Shown here: positions 26,000 through 37,500 of the stretch, piece by piece
Layout: every line of letters begins with the position of its first letter
Position numbering within the stretch: position 1 is the first letter of the stretch
Source of the DNA: a virus
Lineage: Duplodnaviria; Heunggongvirae; Uroviricota; Caudoviricetes
IMG/VR virus record: IMGVR_UViG_3300010403_000021
Coordinates: 64,001-128,000 of that record
Length of the DNA: 64,000 bases
Direction: 5' to 3' (one strand)
The notes under the pieces: generated by a model
Database searches by the model: none
What the model was told of the DNA's origin: nothing
The model's input: only the letters and a program-made list of their open reading frames with translations
Made by a program: the position numbers and the translations under genes

Positions 26000-26710
26000 A
26001 TGACACAATTTAATACTCGTAATATTATCGTTGGTGCAGCCGCTGTATTTCTATCAACAGACGATTCACTAAGCACAGGATGGCCAGACAGTGTTACTCT
26101 GCCAGCTACATCAAGTGGTGTTCCTTATGCAGACACATTGGGCCTTAACGCAGACTGGAGATCAGCAGGTTTTACATCAAACGGTGTTGAATACATGTAC
26201 AGCCCTAACTATGGTGAAGTAGAAGTAGATCAGTTGCTTGACGCTGCAAAGCTATTCAAGCAGAAGATGACTGCATCTGTTAAGACTGAATTTGCTGAGG
26301 CAACATTAGAGAATCTATTGGTGGTATGGGCGCAAGCCGGTGCTTCACTTAGATCAACAGCAGGTAGCCCAACAGCAGTAGACTCAACAGGTCGTATTGT
26401 TGATCAGACAAAAGACTTTAATGGAGTAACAGTTCCAGCCGATGAACAAGTTCTTGGTATGGAAGCGGGTGCGCTTGGTATCGAACCTGTTGAAAGACAG
26501 ATGGTATTTGTTGGTGTATCCCCACGTACAGCCGGTAATAAAAAGCGTGAGCGTATTTATCACCTACGTAGAGTTCTTTCAGTAGATCCATCTACACACG
26601 GTCTAAAGCGTAACGACTCAACTAAATTCCCAGTCAACTTCCGTTTGCTACCTTCCGAGGTATCAGGTGCGGAATATGGTTCAATTAGAGACAGAGTTAT
26701 TACCCCTTGA
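26000..26710 (+). CDS. Major tail protein
   Basis: AGGAGGTG RBS; 'RNIIVGAA', 'G.TSNG', 'VDQLLD', 'AEATLENL', 'FPVNFRLLP'. Confidence 0.85.
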   Translation: MTQFNTRNIIVGAAAVFLSTDDSLSTGWPDSVTLPATSSGVPYADTLGLNADWRSAGFTSNGVEYMYSPNYGEVEVDQLLDAAKLFKQKMTASVKTEFAEATLENLLVVWAQAGASLRSTAGSPTAVDSTGRIVDQTKDFNGVTVPADEQVLGMEAGALGIEPVERQMVFVGVSPRTAGNKKRERIYHLRRVLSVDPSTHGLKRNDSTKFPVNFRLLPSEVSGAEYGSIRDRVITP

Positions 26711-26732
26711 TAACATAAATCTTTAATTAGCG

Positions 26733-26760
26733 AAGGACACAGTTAACGCTGTGTCCTTTT
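26733..26760 (+). terminator. Intrinsic terminator after major tail gene
   Basis: AAGGACACAG-6-CTGTGTCCTT TT. Confidence 0.8.
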
Positions 26761-26820
26761 GCTATTATTTGCTAATAGCAGGTTGTCATGTTAAAATTAG
26801 ATAATAAGAAAGGGGCTTCA

Positions 26821-27150
26821 ATGAAAACTGTATACACCATTGAAGAAGTAAAGCTTCAAGGAATTAAAAAGGCGGTTCAGGTATGGCCGTTGACAATTAA
26901 ACAATTTAGAAGAGTAGCTTCTGTTTTGAATACTATTCAAAATCCTAAAGAAGGCGAAGAAGAAAAACTTATTATGGATATTCTATTGGAGGCAACTGCT
27001 ATTGCAATGGAAACATTTGAACCATCTCTATCAACCATAGAGGTCCTTGAGGATCATGTTGATATGCCAACAATGGATTATATTCTTAATATAGCAACAG
27101 GGGTAACCGTTAACGACCCAAATCAGAAGGCAGCTCAAGCGGAGAGTTAG
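26821..27150 (+). CDS. Tail assembly chaperone (short form)
   Basis: Between MTP and TMP; 'PLTIKQFR', 'LEDHVDMPT'. Confidence 0.8.
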   Translation: MKTVYTIEEVKLQGIKKAVQVWPLTIKQFRRVASVLNTIQNPKEGEEEKLIMDILLEATAIAMETFEPSLSTIEVLEDHVDMPTMDYILNIATGVTVNDPNQKAAQAES

Positions 27151-27446
27151 ATCTAGTAGATTATGAAGCTGAGCTGCTTTATCATTATCCAGGTATGTAT
27201 AAGAATTTTGATGATCTAGAGACGCATCTTACCAGGCAAGAATTAAGTATTATGATAGAAAAGGCCAGGGAGAAGAAATATGATGACCAGAGATTCTTGG
27301 CAGCACTTAAAGGTATTGATTTAGATGAAGGAAAAGAAACAGAATTCGATAGAATCAAAGCTAGAGCCGAAGCAAAAGCTCTTGGTGTTTCAGAAGAGCA
27401 ATATGAATTGTCAGGCCATTTCAATATAATAGAAGAGGATGAGTAA
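26821..27446 (+). CDS. Tail assembly chaperone long form via -1 frameshift at C CCA AAT (27117-27123)
   Basis: XXXYYYZ heptamer in the correct frame; -1 frame is open through 27446 (PKSEGSSSGELDLVDYEAELLYHYPGMYKNFDDLE...). Confidence 0.75.
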
Positions 27447-27502
27447 AGATTACACAAAACATTGGCATTAATTTCACCGGTTCAGCCGACTTTAGTCAAG
27501 CA

Positions 27503-30500
27503 ATGACTGAACTTAAGGCTCTTAATGCAGTTGCAGGCGATGTTGAGAAGCGTTTAAATACGCTTAATAGTGCACGCTTGGGTAATCTTGCTCAGAATGT
27601 ACAGTCTGTTGCGGCACCTAGATTTCAATGGGATCAAGGTCTACGACAGACTGATCTATTTGTAAAGAATCTTCAAAAGGGTAAAATGGAGATTCAGGGT
27701 ATGCGAGATCTTATGGAGAAGCTCGCTATTCAATCTCGTTCAATGGCAGAGAATCAGACAAGACTTGCAAATGCCGCTGTTAGACAAATGCCAAGTGGTC
27801 AAACACAAATGTACCTGCCGTCAGTTAATGATGTAAATAAACTTAATGGTGGATTAGAAGTATCCAACAGACAGTTTGGTATTCAAACTGAAATGCTCAA
27901 GGCTGCTAGTGTTCAGGTTCAAAACTGGGGTAAGAATATGCAGTGGGCCGGTAGACAGCTTATGGTTGGTTTTACGGTTCCATTTGCGGCGGCTGCCGCT
28001 GCTGCTGGTGTTTATGCTTTTCAGATTGATAAGGAAATTACCAGAATCACCAAGGTTTATGATGGTGCTCAAGGTGAGGTAAGAGGCCTTGCTCTGGAAA
28101 CAGCTTCAACCGTTTCTCAAACAATGGGTAAAGCATCAAAGGATACACTTGATGTCATGGCTCAATTAGCCGCTATTGGTAAAACCGGGGCTGAACTAAA
28201 GCAGTCCACTATTGAAGTACAAAGGCTTTCAACTCTAGGTGAGATGGATTCACAAACCTCCCTTGAGTCTATTATAGCGCTTCAAGCAACATATAAGATG
28301 AGCACTAAAGAAACAGCAGATGCCATCAACTATATGAACGCCACTGAAAATGCTACATCACTAAGTATGCAAGATTTTGCTAAATCTATTCCTGTTATTG
28401 CTTCCACTATGTCTCAACTTAATGGAACAATTCAAGACACAGGTGTATTGCTTGTTGCTATGAAGGAAAAGGGCATTGATTCAGTTGAGGGTTCTAACGG
28501 TATCAAGTCCATGATGAATAGACTTCTAAACCCTTCAAAGAAGGTACAGGAGACATTCAAGGAATTAACCAAGGGTATGGATCTAAAAGAATTGGTTAAT
28601 TCTACAAATGGTGAAGTTCTTCCAACAATGCAAAAGTTAGCTGATGTAATCATGGGTGGCAGCATGGATATTATTGACCAGCAGCGCCTTATTGGTCAGC
28701 TTGCTGGTTCATACCAGATGACCAGAATGAATGCTTTACTTGATGGTCTGGCTAATAAGTCAACTCAGGTAACCAAGGCAATGGAAGTTGCCAATCAAGG
28801 AACTTCCAAATGGGCAGCAGCAGCCGCTAAAGAGCTTGAAGCTCAAGTAACAAGTACTTCAGGTAAGTTCGCTATTGCCGTTCAAACATTCAAAGATCAA
28901 CTTATGGGCTTTGGTGAAGTAGCATTGAAGATTGCTACTTGGATCATGGAAAAAGTTGGCTCAGTAATGGGCAAACTAAACGATATGCCTGAATTCCTTA
29001 AAGGCTTTTTATTGATCGGCGCTGGTATTCTAGCAGTAGCCGGTCCTATTACTATGATTGTTGGTATCTTTGCTAACTTTATTGGTACTATCGGTAGAGC
29101 GGTATCATGGATTCTTAATCTAAATAATGGATACAAGACCCTGACTGTAGAATCAAAGATTGCTGAAATTGCTTCTGGTAATCTAAGTAATAAGTATTTA
29201 TCAGAAGCAGACACTGTTCAATTATTGGTATTCCAACTTGACAAGTTAACCAGAGCTTATACACAATCAACTGCCGCTGCTCAAACAGCAACGGCTGCCA
29301 GTATGGCAACAGCTAAAACACAGACTCTTGAGAAGGATCTTACAAAGGCTAAGGCAGTTGAAAAGATAGAAGCCGAAAAGCTTGCCTATCTAATGAATGA
29401 GAGAAGTAATGTTGTCAATGGTTCAGCTATGGACAAGATGTATTATGAGAAGTACGGAAGAATGTACACTCAGGCTTCTCAGGAAGAGTTTAATAAACTA
29501 ACAACTCAGATTAGAGCGCAAGAAAGCATTCTAACTCAGGCTATTAATCATAGAACTGCTGCAACAAAGGTCGCATTGGATCTTGAAAAGCAGATGATGA
29601 TTAATGAGCTACGTGAACAGGCTGCGATTCAAAAACTTGCTGCCGTTGGTGCATCTGGTTCACTTACATCAATGCCAGCTATTATTAGCGCGGGTGGTAA
29701 AGACTTCAAGCAAAATGCTTCTGGTAGATGGATTAATTCAGTTGGCGGAAAGTTTGCCACTAAAGATGAAATGAAGGCAATCAATGAAGGGTTTGCTGAA
29801 GTTTCTACTACATCAACACAGGCAGCGCAGGGTATCAATAGAGCATCAATTGCTTCAAAGATATTTACTCAGGAAACACTTATGGGTGTTGCTGCTGTTT
29901 CTGCTATTGGTGGATCTTTCACTCAGGCCGGTTCATCATTGTCTACTTGGCTTAATGGTATTGCTCTTGCATCAGGACTTCTATCCGTATTGGCGCCAGC
30001 TATTGCTTCCGCAAAGAACGCCGTTATGCAATCCAACTTTATGAGTAGTTTGTTTGGTACTGCTGCTGGTAACAGATCTAGAATTGCCTCAGCTCTTACG
30101 CCTGCATTCTCTTGGATGAAAGATAAGCTTTCAATGGCTGGTAGTTTTATTACGAATCCTTGGGTTCTCGGTATTACAGCAGCAGCAGTTGCTATTTATG
30201 CAATATATAAATTAAGAACAGCCGAAGGTGAAAGACAAGTACAACATCAGCGTGAACTTTCAAATACCACAGAAGGCTGGATGAAGACTCTAGGTCAAGC
30301 TAAACTTGAATGGGGTCAGATTAAAGATGCCTCAGGTGCTACCAAAGATAATATGGCTGGAATGGCAAACAAGCTTAGAGAAAATAATAAGGATCTTGTT
30401 CAAGAGACAGCAAGTCAACAAAATGGTGGACTTGATAGAACACTTCGTTATGAAGTTTATAGACTCCAGGGTCAAGGACTAAACCAAGAAGATATTATGA

Positions 30501-33500
30501 AGAGTATGGAGACTCTTCTAAATGCCGCTGGTAAGTCGAAGAAGCAGATTGAAGAAGCAATGAAGAATATCAAGGTTACCTTTGATTTCAAGGGTGCTCT
30601 TCCAGATATGGACGATTTCCTTAAGGATATTAGAAAGAGAACAAGAGACGCTAATGTATTTGAGGGTGCATTCCAAGGTAATGTTGGTTTCTTTAGTGAA
30701 TCTTATCAGCCAACAGATCAAGGCCGCGCGGGTATAGAATTAACTGCAAGTCTTATTAAAGACAGACTTGTCGGCCTTGACGATACTACAAAGAAGTATG
30801 TATCGGGACAAATTGCTGCTCAGCTTAATAGCGCGTTTGATGACAGCTTCACAGAGTTAAAGAAGAAGTATGGAGATCAGATCAAGGGATCATGGCAGGA
30901 TGCCGCTAAGGACCTATTGATCTTTGATGATAAGCAAGATGGATTTAGACCTAACACAAAGTTTGGTTCAGATCCAAATAAATCACAGACTGAACTTGCT
31001 CTATTGCTTAACAATAATCGTGTTCTTGCTATCAAGCTAAAGGATGCGTTGAATCTTCCTATCCAAAATAAGGATATCAAGAACTTCGGCGATATCATGA
31101 AGTATATTGGTAACTCAGCACAATCAGCAACAGATACTCAGAAAGAATATAATGAGGCTGTCAAGAAAACTGAAAACGCAAGCGGTAAACTAACAGATTC
31201 ACAGAAGCTTCAGTTGGCTCAAATTTACGCGGGTGTCCGTGGACTGGATGCTGCCAAACTAGCCGCAAATGGTTATTCAGATGCACAGAAGAAGACTTCA
31301 AGTGCTATTGATGATGCTAATAGAGGTATCGGTAAGCTTATCGAGAATCTTAATGCAGCAAGAAATGCACACGGAGATTTTGCTAGTGCTATGGCCGGTA
31401 CAAGTGATTTCTGGAATAATACTGCCGATAGTGAAACAGGCTTTGGTGGTCTTACCGGCGACCCAATGGCACAGGGTAATCAGATCAATGATGCAATGAA
31501 GAACGCTTATTCCAATACAATGGGTACTGTATATGATCTAGCCGGTACACAAATGGATCAGCAGTTCAAAGCTCGTATGGATGGTATTGCAGATTATTAC
31601 TCAGGTATCAAGGACAGACTAGAAGCAGAATCAAAGGAACTTGATAGAGCCTGGGATGACAGAATGCAGGCCTTCTCTGATAATTGGAAAGAAAAGATCG
31701 AGCAAACAAAGCAATCCTATAAGGATCGTAAGGAAGCTATTGAAGACGATGCCAAGGCTGAACTAAAAGCAATTGATGATCAGATCAAAGCTATCAAGGA
31801 TCAAGAAGATGCAGCTAAGGATCTTGATGACCAACGTAAGAGAATGTTCGAAGCAGAAGAAAGAAGAATCGAAAGATTAACTGAACTTGCCAATAACAAT
31901 ATCTCTTATAATCGTGCTCTTGCTACTGGTAATCTAGATGAGGCTGCTCGTGTTATGAATAACACTGAGCGCCTACAAACAAGCTGGGGTGTAGAAGACG
32001 CTCAGCTATCTGCTGATGAAAGAGCACGTCAAAGAGAAAAGGCCAACAAGGCACAAATTGATGAACTTGAATCACGTAAAGATGTTATCAATGAAGCCAA
32101 GGAAGCCAAGCTAGACGCTTTAGCTGAAGAAGAAGATGCAGTAATGAAGTCTCTTGAAAAGCAACAAGAGATGGAAAAGCGTAATCTTGAGATTCAGAAG
32201 GACAATGAAAAGCAGAGACTTCAAGACAGAATAGATGGTCTTTCCAAGGAACAAGCAGCGGTAGAAGAGACAGAACGTGCAAAGCAAGAAATGAATCGTA
32301 AGACTCTTGAAATCCAGCTTGCTACCTTGAGAGCTTTTGTTCCTATGAACGAACAACAGCTTTGGGAGCACATTGCCAGAGTACAAGGTGCCTATGATGA
32401 GCATGGAATTTCATTGCAATTCAAGGGTACTGAGTGGGGTAAGATTGTTGGTATGGCTCTACAAAATAACGTAGACGCCGCTAGAATCCAAATGTCCAAT
32501 TCATCAGATTGGGCTGCTTCTGGTGCTCAAATTGGTGACTCTATTGCTAAGGGTGCTTTTGGTTTAACACTTGGTGAGTTCTTCAATATGATTATTTCTG
32601 GTCAACCACCAGAAGGATGGAAGCCACCAGGTGCAAGCGCAGGATTCTCCAATGTTGGAAAACCTAATTATGGTGCATTCCACGTTGGTGGTATGGTTGG
32701 TAGAGATCCAGGAGGCCGTCTTGGTAGAACTGGTGGTCTTCATTCTGATGAAATGCCAGCTATCCTACAAAAGGGTGAATACGTCCTTGACAAGAATACT
32801 GTAGATAGAATTGGTACTGGTGGTATTGATGCTATTAAATCAGGTCAATTTGGTATTGGTGGAGCCGATATGGGTTTCGCTGGTATTGCCGGTGGTATTG
32901 CAGTTACACTTATGCGTTCTATGATCATGGCAGCCTTCCTTGGTAGTCAAAAGCAACAGGAAGAATTTGCTGCCAATGGATTTACTGGCAGTATTGCACA
33001 ACAACCAGGTATGTATGGCGGTATTCCATTAAGTGAAGAACAACTACTTAATGCAAACACTATCGCTTCTGTTGGTATGGGTATGGGTGCCAGTACAAGA
33101 GACATCATTATTTCTCTTATGACTGCTATGCAAGAATCAGGTCTTAGAAATCTTAACTATGGTGACCGTGACTCTGTTGGTTTATTCCAGCAGCGTACAT
33201 CACAAGGTTGGGGTACTATCGAACAGATCATGAATCCTACATATGCAGCCACTAAGTTCTTTGAAGGACTTTTGGCCATTCCTGGCAGAAATGCTATGAG
33301 CTTGACTCAAGCTGCTCAAGCCGTTCAGCGCTCAGCTTTCCCTGATGCTTATGCTCAATGGCAAGGTATGGCTGAGGCTGTTGTAGGCGCGGGTGCAGGA
33401 ACTGCTCAGAATGATGGAACTCTAAAAGGTTTTGGTATGTTCTTGAGAATGGCACAAAGTGCTATGAGTGGTTCAGGTGCTGCTGGTGGTGGACCAGTTG

Positions 33501-34153
33501 GTCTTGGTAATTATGTAAGACCGACTAGTGGACCTATTACATCTGAATATGGTTGGAGAACAGATCCATTTACCGGTGCACAATCACTTCACGATGGTAT
33601 TGACATTGGCGCGGCACAAGGAACACCAATTTATGCTACAGATCAAGGTCGTGTAATTCAGGTTGGTGACAGCGGATCTGGTTTTGGTAACTGGACCTTG
33701 ATTGATCATGGTAACGGTATTATTTCTGGTTACGCTCACCAAAGCTCATATGCTGTTGGAAATGGACAGAACGTTGGAAAGGGGCAGACTATTGGTTATG
33801 TTGGTACTACTGGTAGATCTACTGGTCCCCACCTTCACTTCCAGATGGGTCCAGGTCCAGGCAACTTCCAAAACCCTAGAAACTATATTCCAAGCCTGAG
33901 TACTGGTGGAACAATCAATTATGATAATGTTATGGCTAATTTGCACAAGGATGAAAAAGTACTTACTGCTCCATTAAGTAAGTCACTTGAGCGCGGTATC
34001 AATAATCTTGACGCCGGTGCTAACAATGTGTATCATGTAGATGTGAGAATTGACGGAAGTGGCCTTTCACCTAGAGAACTAAAGAGAGCAGTTATTGAAG
34101 CTATCGATGAGAAGAAATTAATGGATTCAAGAAAGGTTGGTAAAGTAAGATGA
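27503..34153 (+). CDS. Tape measure protein with C-terminal lysozyme-like and M23 peptidase domains
   Basis: 2216 aa; 'WGKNMQWAGRQL.VGFT.P'; 'QESGLRNL...DSVGLFQQR..QGWG'; M23 'HDGIDI...YAH...STGPHLHF'. True start probably further upstream. Confidence 0.95.
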   Translation: MTELKALNAVAGDVEKRLNTLNSARLGNLAQNVQSVAAPRFQWDQGLRQTDLFVKNLQKGKMEIQGMRDLMEKLAIQSRSMAENQTRLANAAVRQMPSGQTQMYLPSVNDVNKLNGGLEVSNRQFGIQTEMLKAASVQVQNWGKNMQWAGRQLMVGFTVPFAAAAAAAGVYAFQIDKEITRITKVYDGAQGEVRGLALETASTVSQTMGKASKDTLDVMAQLAAIGKTGAELKQSTIEVQRLSTLGEMDSQTSLESIIALQATYKMSTKETADAINYMNATENATSLSMQDFAKSIPVIASTMSQLNGTIQDTGVLLVAMKEKGIDSVEGSNGIKSMMNRLLNPSKKVQETFKELTKGMDLKELVNSTNGEVLPTMQKLADVIMGGSMDIIDQQRLIGQLAGSYQMTRMNALLDGLANKSTQVTKAMEVANQGTSKWAAAAAKELEAQVTSTSGKFAIAVQTFKDQLMGFGEVALKIATWIMEKVGSVMGKLNDMPEFLKGFLLIGAGILAVAGPITMIVGIFANFIGTIGRAVSWILNLNNGYKTLTVESKIAEIASGNLSNKYLSEADTVQLLVFQLDKLTRAYTQSTAAAQTATAASMATAKTQTLEKDLTKAKAVEKIEAEKLAYLMNERSNVVNGSAMDKMYYEKYGRMYTQASQEEFNKLTTQIRAQESILTQAINHRTAATKVALDLEKQMMINELREQAAIQKLAAVGASGSLTSMPAIISAGGKDFKQNASGRWINSVGGKFATKDEMKAINEGFAEVSTTSTQAAQGINRASIASKIFTQETLMGVAAVSAIGGSFTQAGSSLSTWLNGIALASGLLSVLAPAIASAKNAVMQSNFMSSLFGTAAGNRSRIASALTPAFSWMKDKLSMAGSFITNPWVLGITAAAVAIYAIYKLRTAEGERQVQHQRELSNTTEGWMKTLGQAKLEWGQIKDASGATKDNMAGMANKLRENNKDLVQETASQQNGGLDRTLRYEVYRLQGQGLNQEDIMKSMETLLNAAGKSKKQIEEAMKNIKVTFDFKGALPDMDDFLKDIRKRTRDANVFEGAFQGNVGFFSESYQPTDQGRAGIELTASLIKDRLVGLDDTTKKYVSGQIAAQLNSAFDDSFTELKKKYGDQIKGSWQDAAKDLLIFDDKQDGFRPNTKFGSDPNKSQTELALLLNNNRVLAIKLKDALNLPIQNKDIKNFGDIMKYIGNSAQSATDTQKEYNEAVKKTENASGKLTDSQKLQLAQIYAGVRGLDAAKLAANGYSDAQKKTSSAIDDANRGIGKLIENLNAARNAHGDFASAMAGTSDFWNNTADSETGFGGLTGDPMAQGNQINDAMKNAYSNTMGTVYDLAGTQMDQQFKARMDGIADYYSGIKDRLEAESKELDRAWDDRMQAFSDNWKEKIEQTKQSYKDRKEAIEDDAKAELKAIDDQIKAIKDQEDAAKDLDDQRKRMFEAEERRIERLTELANNNISYNRALATGNLDEAARVMNNTERLQTSWGVEDAQLSADERARQREKANKAQIDELESRKDVINEAKEAKLDALAEEEDAVMKSLEKQQEMEKRNLEIQKDNEKQRLQDRIDGLSKEQAAVEETERAKQEMNRKTLEIQLATLRAFVPMNEQQLWEHIARVQGAYDEHGISLQFKGTEWGKIVGMALQNNVDAARIQMSNSSDWAASGAQIGDSIAKGAFGLTLGEFFNMIISGQPPEGWKPPGASAGFSNVGKPNYGAFHVGGMVGRDPGGRLGRTGGLHSDEMPAILQKGEYVLDKNTVDRIGTGGIDAIKSGQFGIGGADMGFAGIAGGIAVTLMRSMIMAAFLGSQKQQEEFAANGFTGSIAQQPGMYGGIPLSEEQLLNANTIASVGMGMGASTRDIIISLMTAMQESGLRNLNYGDRDSVGLFQQRTSQGWGTIEQIMNPTYAATKFFEGLLAIPGRNAMSLTQAAQAVQRSAFPDAYAQWQGMAEAVVGAGAGTAQNDGTLKGFGMFLRMAQSAMSGSGAAGGGPVGLGNYVRPTSGPITSEYGWRTDPFTGAQSLHDGIDIGAAQGTPIYATDQGRVIQVGDSGSGFGNWTLIDHGNGIISGYAHQSSYAVGNGQNVGKGQTIGYVGTTGRSTGPHLHFQMGPGPGNFQNPRNYIPSLSTGGTINYDNVMANLHKDEKVLTAPLSKSLERGINNLDAGANNVYHVDVRIDGSGLSPRELKRAVIEAIDEKKLMDSRKVGKVR

Positions 34154-34572
34154 TACTTCCTATTACTTGTGGTATTACTTTCGCTCGTCCCTCAGATCCA
34201 GGCTATTTAACTGCCAGGGCAACTGATCATAATAGATCAGCAATTACTGTTACCCCAGAAAAAATGGAAAATAAAGAACGCATGGCCGATGGTACTTTGA
34301 GAAAGTTCGTGGTAGCAACCAAGAATAATATCAAGGTATCTTGGACAGATTTACCAAATAAGAATGTTGTATCTGTGGATAAATTCTGGGCGGCAGATGC
34401 GTTAAAGAATTTCTATTATTCACATGATGGTGATTTTTATGTCACTCTAAATTATGGTGATGGAACAAATAAGATTTTTCATGTTATGTTCAGTGAATTT
34501 GATGCAAAGCTTTCAAAAAGAGGAATTTATACAGATTTATATGATATCAGCATAGGATTGGAAGAAATATAA
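34150..34572 (+). CDS. Distal tail protein
   Basis: 'DHNRS', 'RMADGTLRK', 'VSW..LP'; follows TMP. Confidence 0.75.
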   Translation: MILPITCGITFARPSDPGYLTARATDHNRSAITVTPEKMENKERMADGTLRKFVVATKNNIKVSWTDLPNKNVVSVDKFWAADALKNFYYSHDGDFYVTLNYGDGTNKIFHVMFSEFDAKLSKRGIYTDLYDISIGLEEI

Positions 34573-37500
34573 TGCAGCAACTTGACAGCCAATTGATGAC
34601 GGCTCTGGATACAGACTATCAAATTGGTGGTAAGGCTATAGTTATTGCCGAATGGAATTTTAATAGAATTGTCAAGACAACTGTAACCAATACTATCGAT
34701 GATGTGGATTTTAAGCCTTGGCCTTATTCTAAAATTCATTTTCCAGTCAGCTCTATTACTGAAGGGTTTAGGCCGGACGCCGGAATGGTGTTTGGTTTTA
34801 CAGGCACGGCAATTCCTATTTCCAATGCTGAATTAGCGCCGGGTGGACAAAGATTCTATGTTGCAAGTAAAACTACTCCATATAAGTATTGGATATCACC
34901 AAGTAAATCCATATCAAATATTAATCAAGACACAGTATCAACAGGTGAACTTAACTTTGCCATCAGTAATGCTGATCTAATTGTTGAGTACGACACTCCA
35001 ATAAAGGTTAATAAAGTAAAAGTTGTCTTCACAGGTGATACAAGACCAGTTATATGGAGAGTATCTATCTTTGATCAGAATCTAAATGATTGGGTTCTTA
35101 TTTCAACATCTCCAACAGTTGATGCAATTACTGGTAGAGCTGAGCTATGGTGGAATGGTTCTGCATGGGTGCAAACACAACAACTAGATGACAGTTTGTA
35201 TAAGACCATCAAGAAAGTAAAAGTTGAGTTTGATAGCGTAAATGCACCGGCAGAGAGATTGCATGTAATTGAAATAGCAGGCATGAGAGAAATTGATATG
35301 TCTGCAAGACTTCAGAACTACAATATTAATAGCAGCATGGATAACGTTGACTACATCCATCCTGTTGGACAAATGAATTCAAATGACGGATCTTTGGTTA
35401 TAGATAACAGAGATTTGGCTATTGAAGTGGCAGATCCAACGGTTGATTTTTATGGTCTTACAGACGGCTGGTGTGAATACAGAACTTATGTCAAGTATGA
35501 TATGTCTAAATATCTAGTTGATGATGAATATGTTCGTACCGGAACGATGTTTTCAAATGGATGGGCTCAAGAAAATCCATACGAATACAGCATCGAACTA
35601 TTCGATATCGTGAAGATTTTACAAACCATAAAATGCCCGGCGGTGCTGGTAGAGAATAAGTCGATTGGTCGTATCATGTCTATGATCCTTGATCTAGTAG
35701 GAATAGATAGATATGAAATTGACTTTCAAGACTTTGATCAGACATCCAACATAAGGTATTTCTGGACTGATGGTAAAGAATCAGTATACGAGGTTCTCAA
35801 TAGAATATGTGAATCACATCAGTGTGCTATATTCTCAGATGAATTTGGTAAGCTTCAACTATTGACAAGAAATCAAATAGCAAATGATATCGATACAGAA
35901 GACTTCATTCTACGTGGTGAAGATGTCATCGTTGGTCCTACAACATTAATTTCAAACTTTTCACAATTGAGAAAAAGATACGATCTCGCAGTAAATGATA
36001 TTGAAATAAAATATAAGCGTAGACAAGCCAACGTAGATGATTTGGATATTACTGGAAAAGTTCTTACTTCAAAGGTATGGGATACCAGTGATTCTATTGT
36101 TATGAAAGCTAGTCCTTTAAGAATTAAGGTCGACAAGACTGCGATTCCTGGTGTTGAAGTAGATCATGATACTCCTTGTGATGTTTTTATGAATGACAAA
36201 GACATAGAGACATGGCCTTATAAGGGATCGTTTTCTCTGGATGGTGAAATATTCAATTATGATGGAAAGGGTTATGCTGTAATTGATTATGGTACTAACA
36301 CCTGGGCTGAATGGATCATCAAGAGCAATGACGAAAAGAAGGCTTACGACAAGCAGACCTATGACAGCTACCAGCCTGTAGGAGGCCCATCAGGCGGTGC
36401 TAGCGGCCAGCCTATTAATGCTCCGGTACCAGCAGGCCTCTATCAAAATAAACTGACTGGAAGACTACGTGTCACAGCTCGTGGAGTAGATGAAACCGTA
36501 CCCGCAACCCATACAAATAACTGGGTTGACGGATGGTTGCCTTTGCGCGCGTGGAGATATGAGGGTACTGGTGTCGGTTATATTGATTATGGTGGCAGTG
36601 GAATTACTCTAGCCAATGTAGCTGATTGGAGAAACAAGCCAAATTGGAAGCGTACACAGAGTAGATGGACAGTTGAAAATTCAAAAGCGATATGTGATCA
36701 CAGTGAACAGACAAATATAAGTGATAAGTTTGGTTTTCTCATTAGAGATCTTGGAGATGTAGAATTCAGAGAGTTCGGTACCAGAATTAAATTTAATACT
36801 GGTGGAACTGCTGGTATTGTTTTTTGTATTACAGATCAAGACGGATATACTCAAGATGATCCATCATTGGAAGATCCAACTGACGCTCATAGATACTATA
36901 TTCTTTCAGTTATTACATCTGAGGATGTAGACGCTGCTGGCCGAGTAAACAACGAAATTAATATCGATGTCAAAAACGGTGATGATTTTACACCACTTGA
37001 ACCAATGAATACCAAGATCGCCGACGGCGGTGGAAAGATGCAAATAGATAAAGGTAAATGGTACGACATTGAGATTGTTTATCATGACAATATGATGAAT
37101 GACCGTCGTGGTTCCGGTAAAATTGAAGTCTTCGTTGATGGTCAATACATTGATACATGGGAGACCGATGATGTCATTCGTCCAACAAACTACGCAGGCG
37201 TTCATTGCAGATATTCAACTATAGCCGAATTTGAATATTTCTATGCGACTACAACAAGTGGTCGTGCTGCTCCACGTTGGAGAAATGATGAAACATTTGG
37301 TATGAATATTATTAATCTTCCACCCGGAACTGATGTCAGCACAATAGTTAATTTTGGTTCTGATGGCGCTTGGCCAGGTAGAGTGGCAATGTCTGCTGCT
37401 TCACTTGCAACTACAAGCTCCTTGAGTTCTGTTAAGATATTTGGTAAAGGAAATGCTCAACTAGCAGAATTAGGCCCGGTGACACTTAAAGGTGACACAC

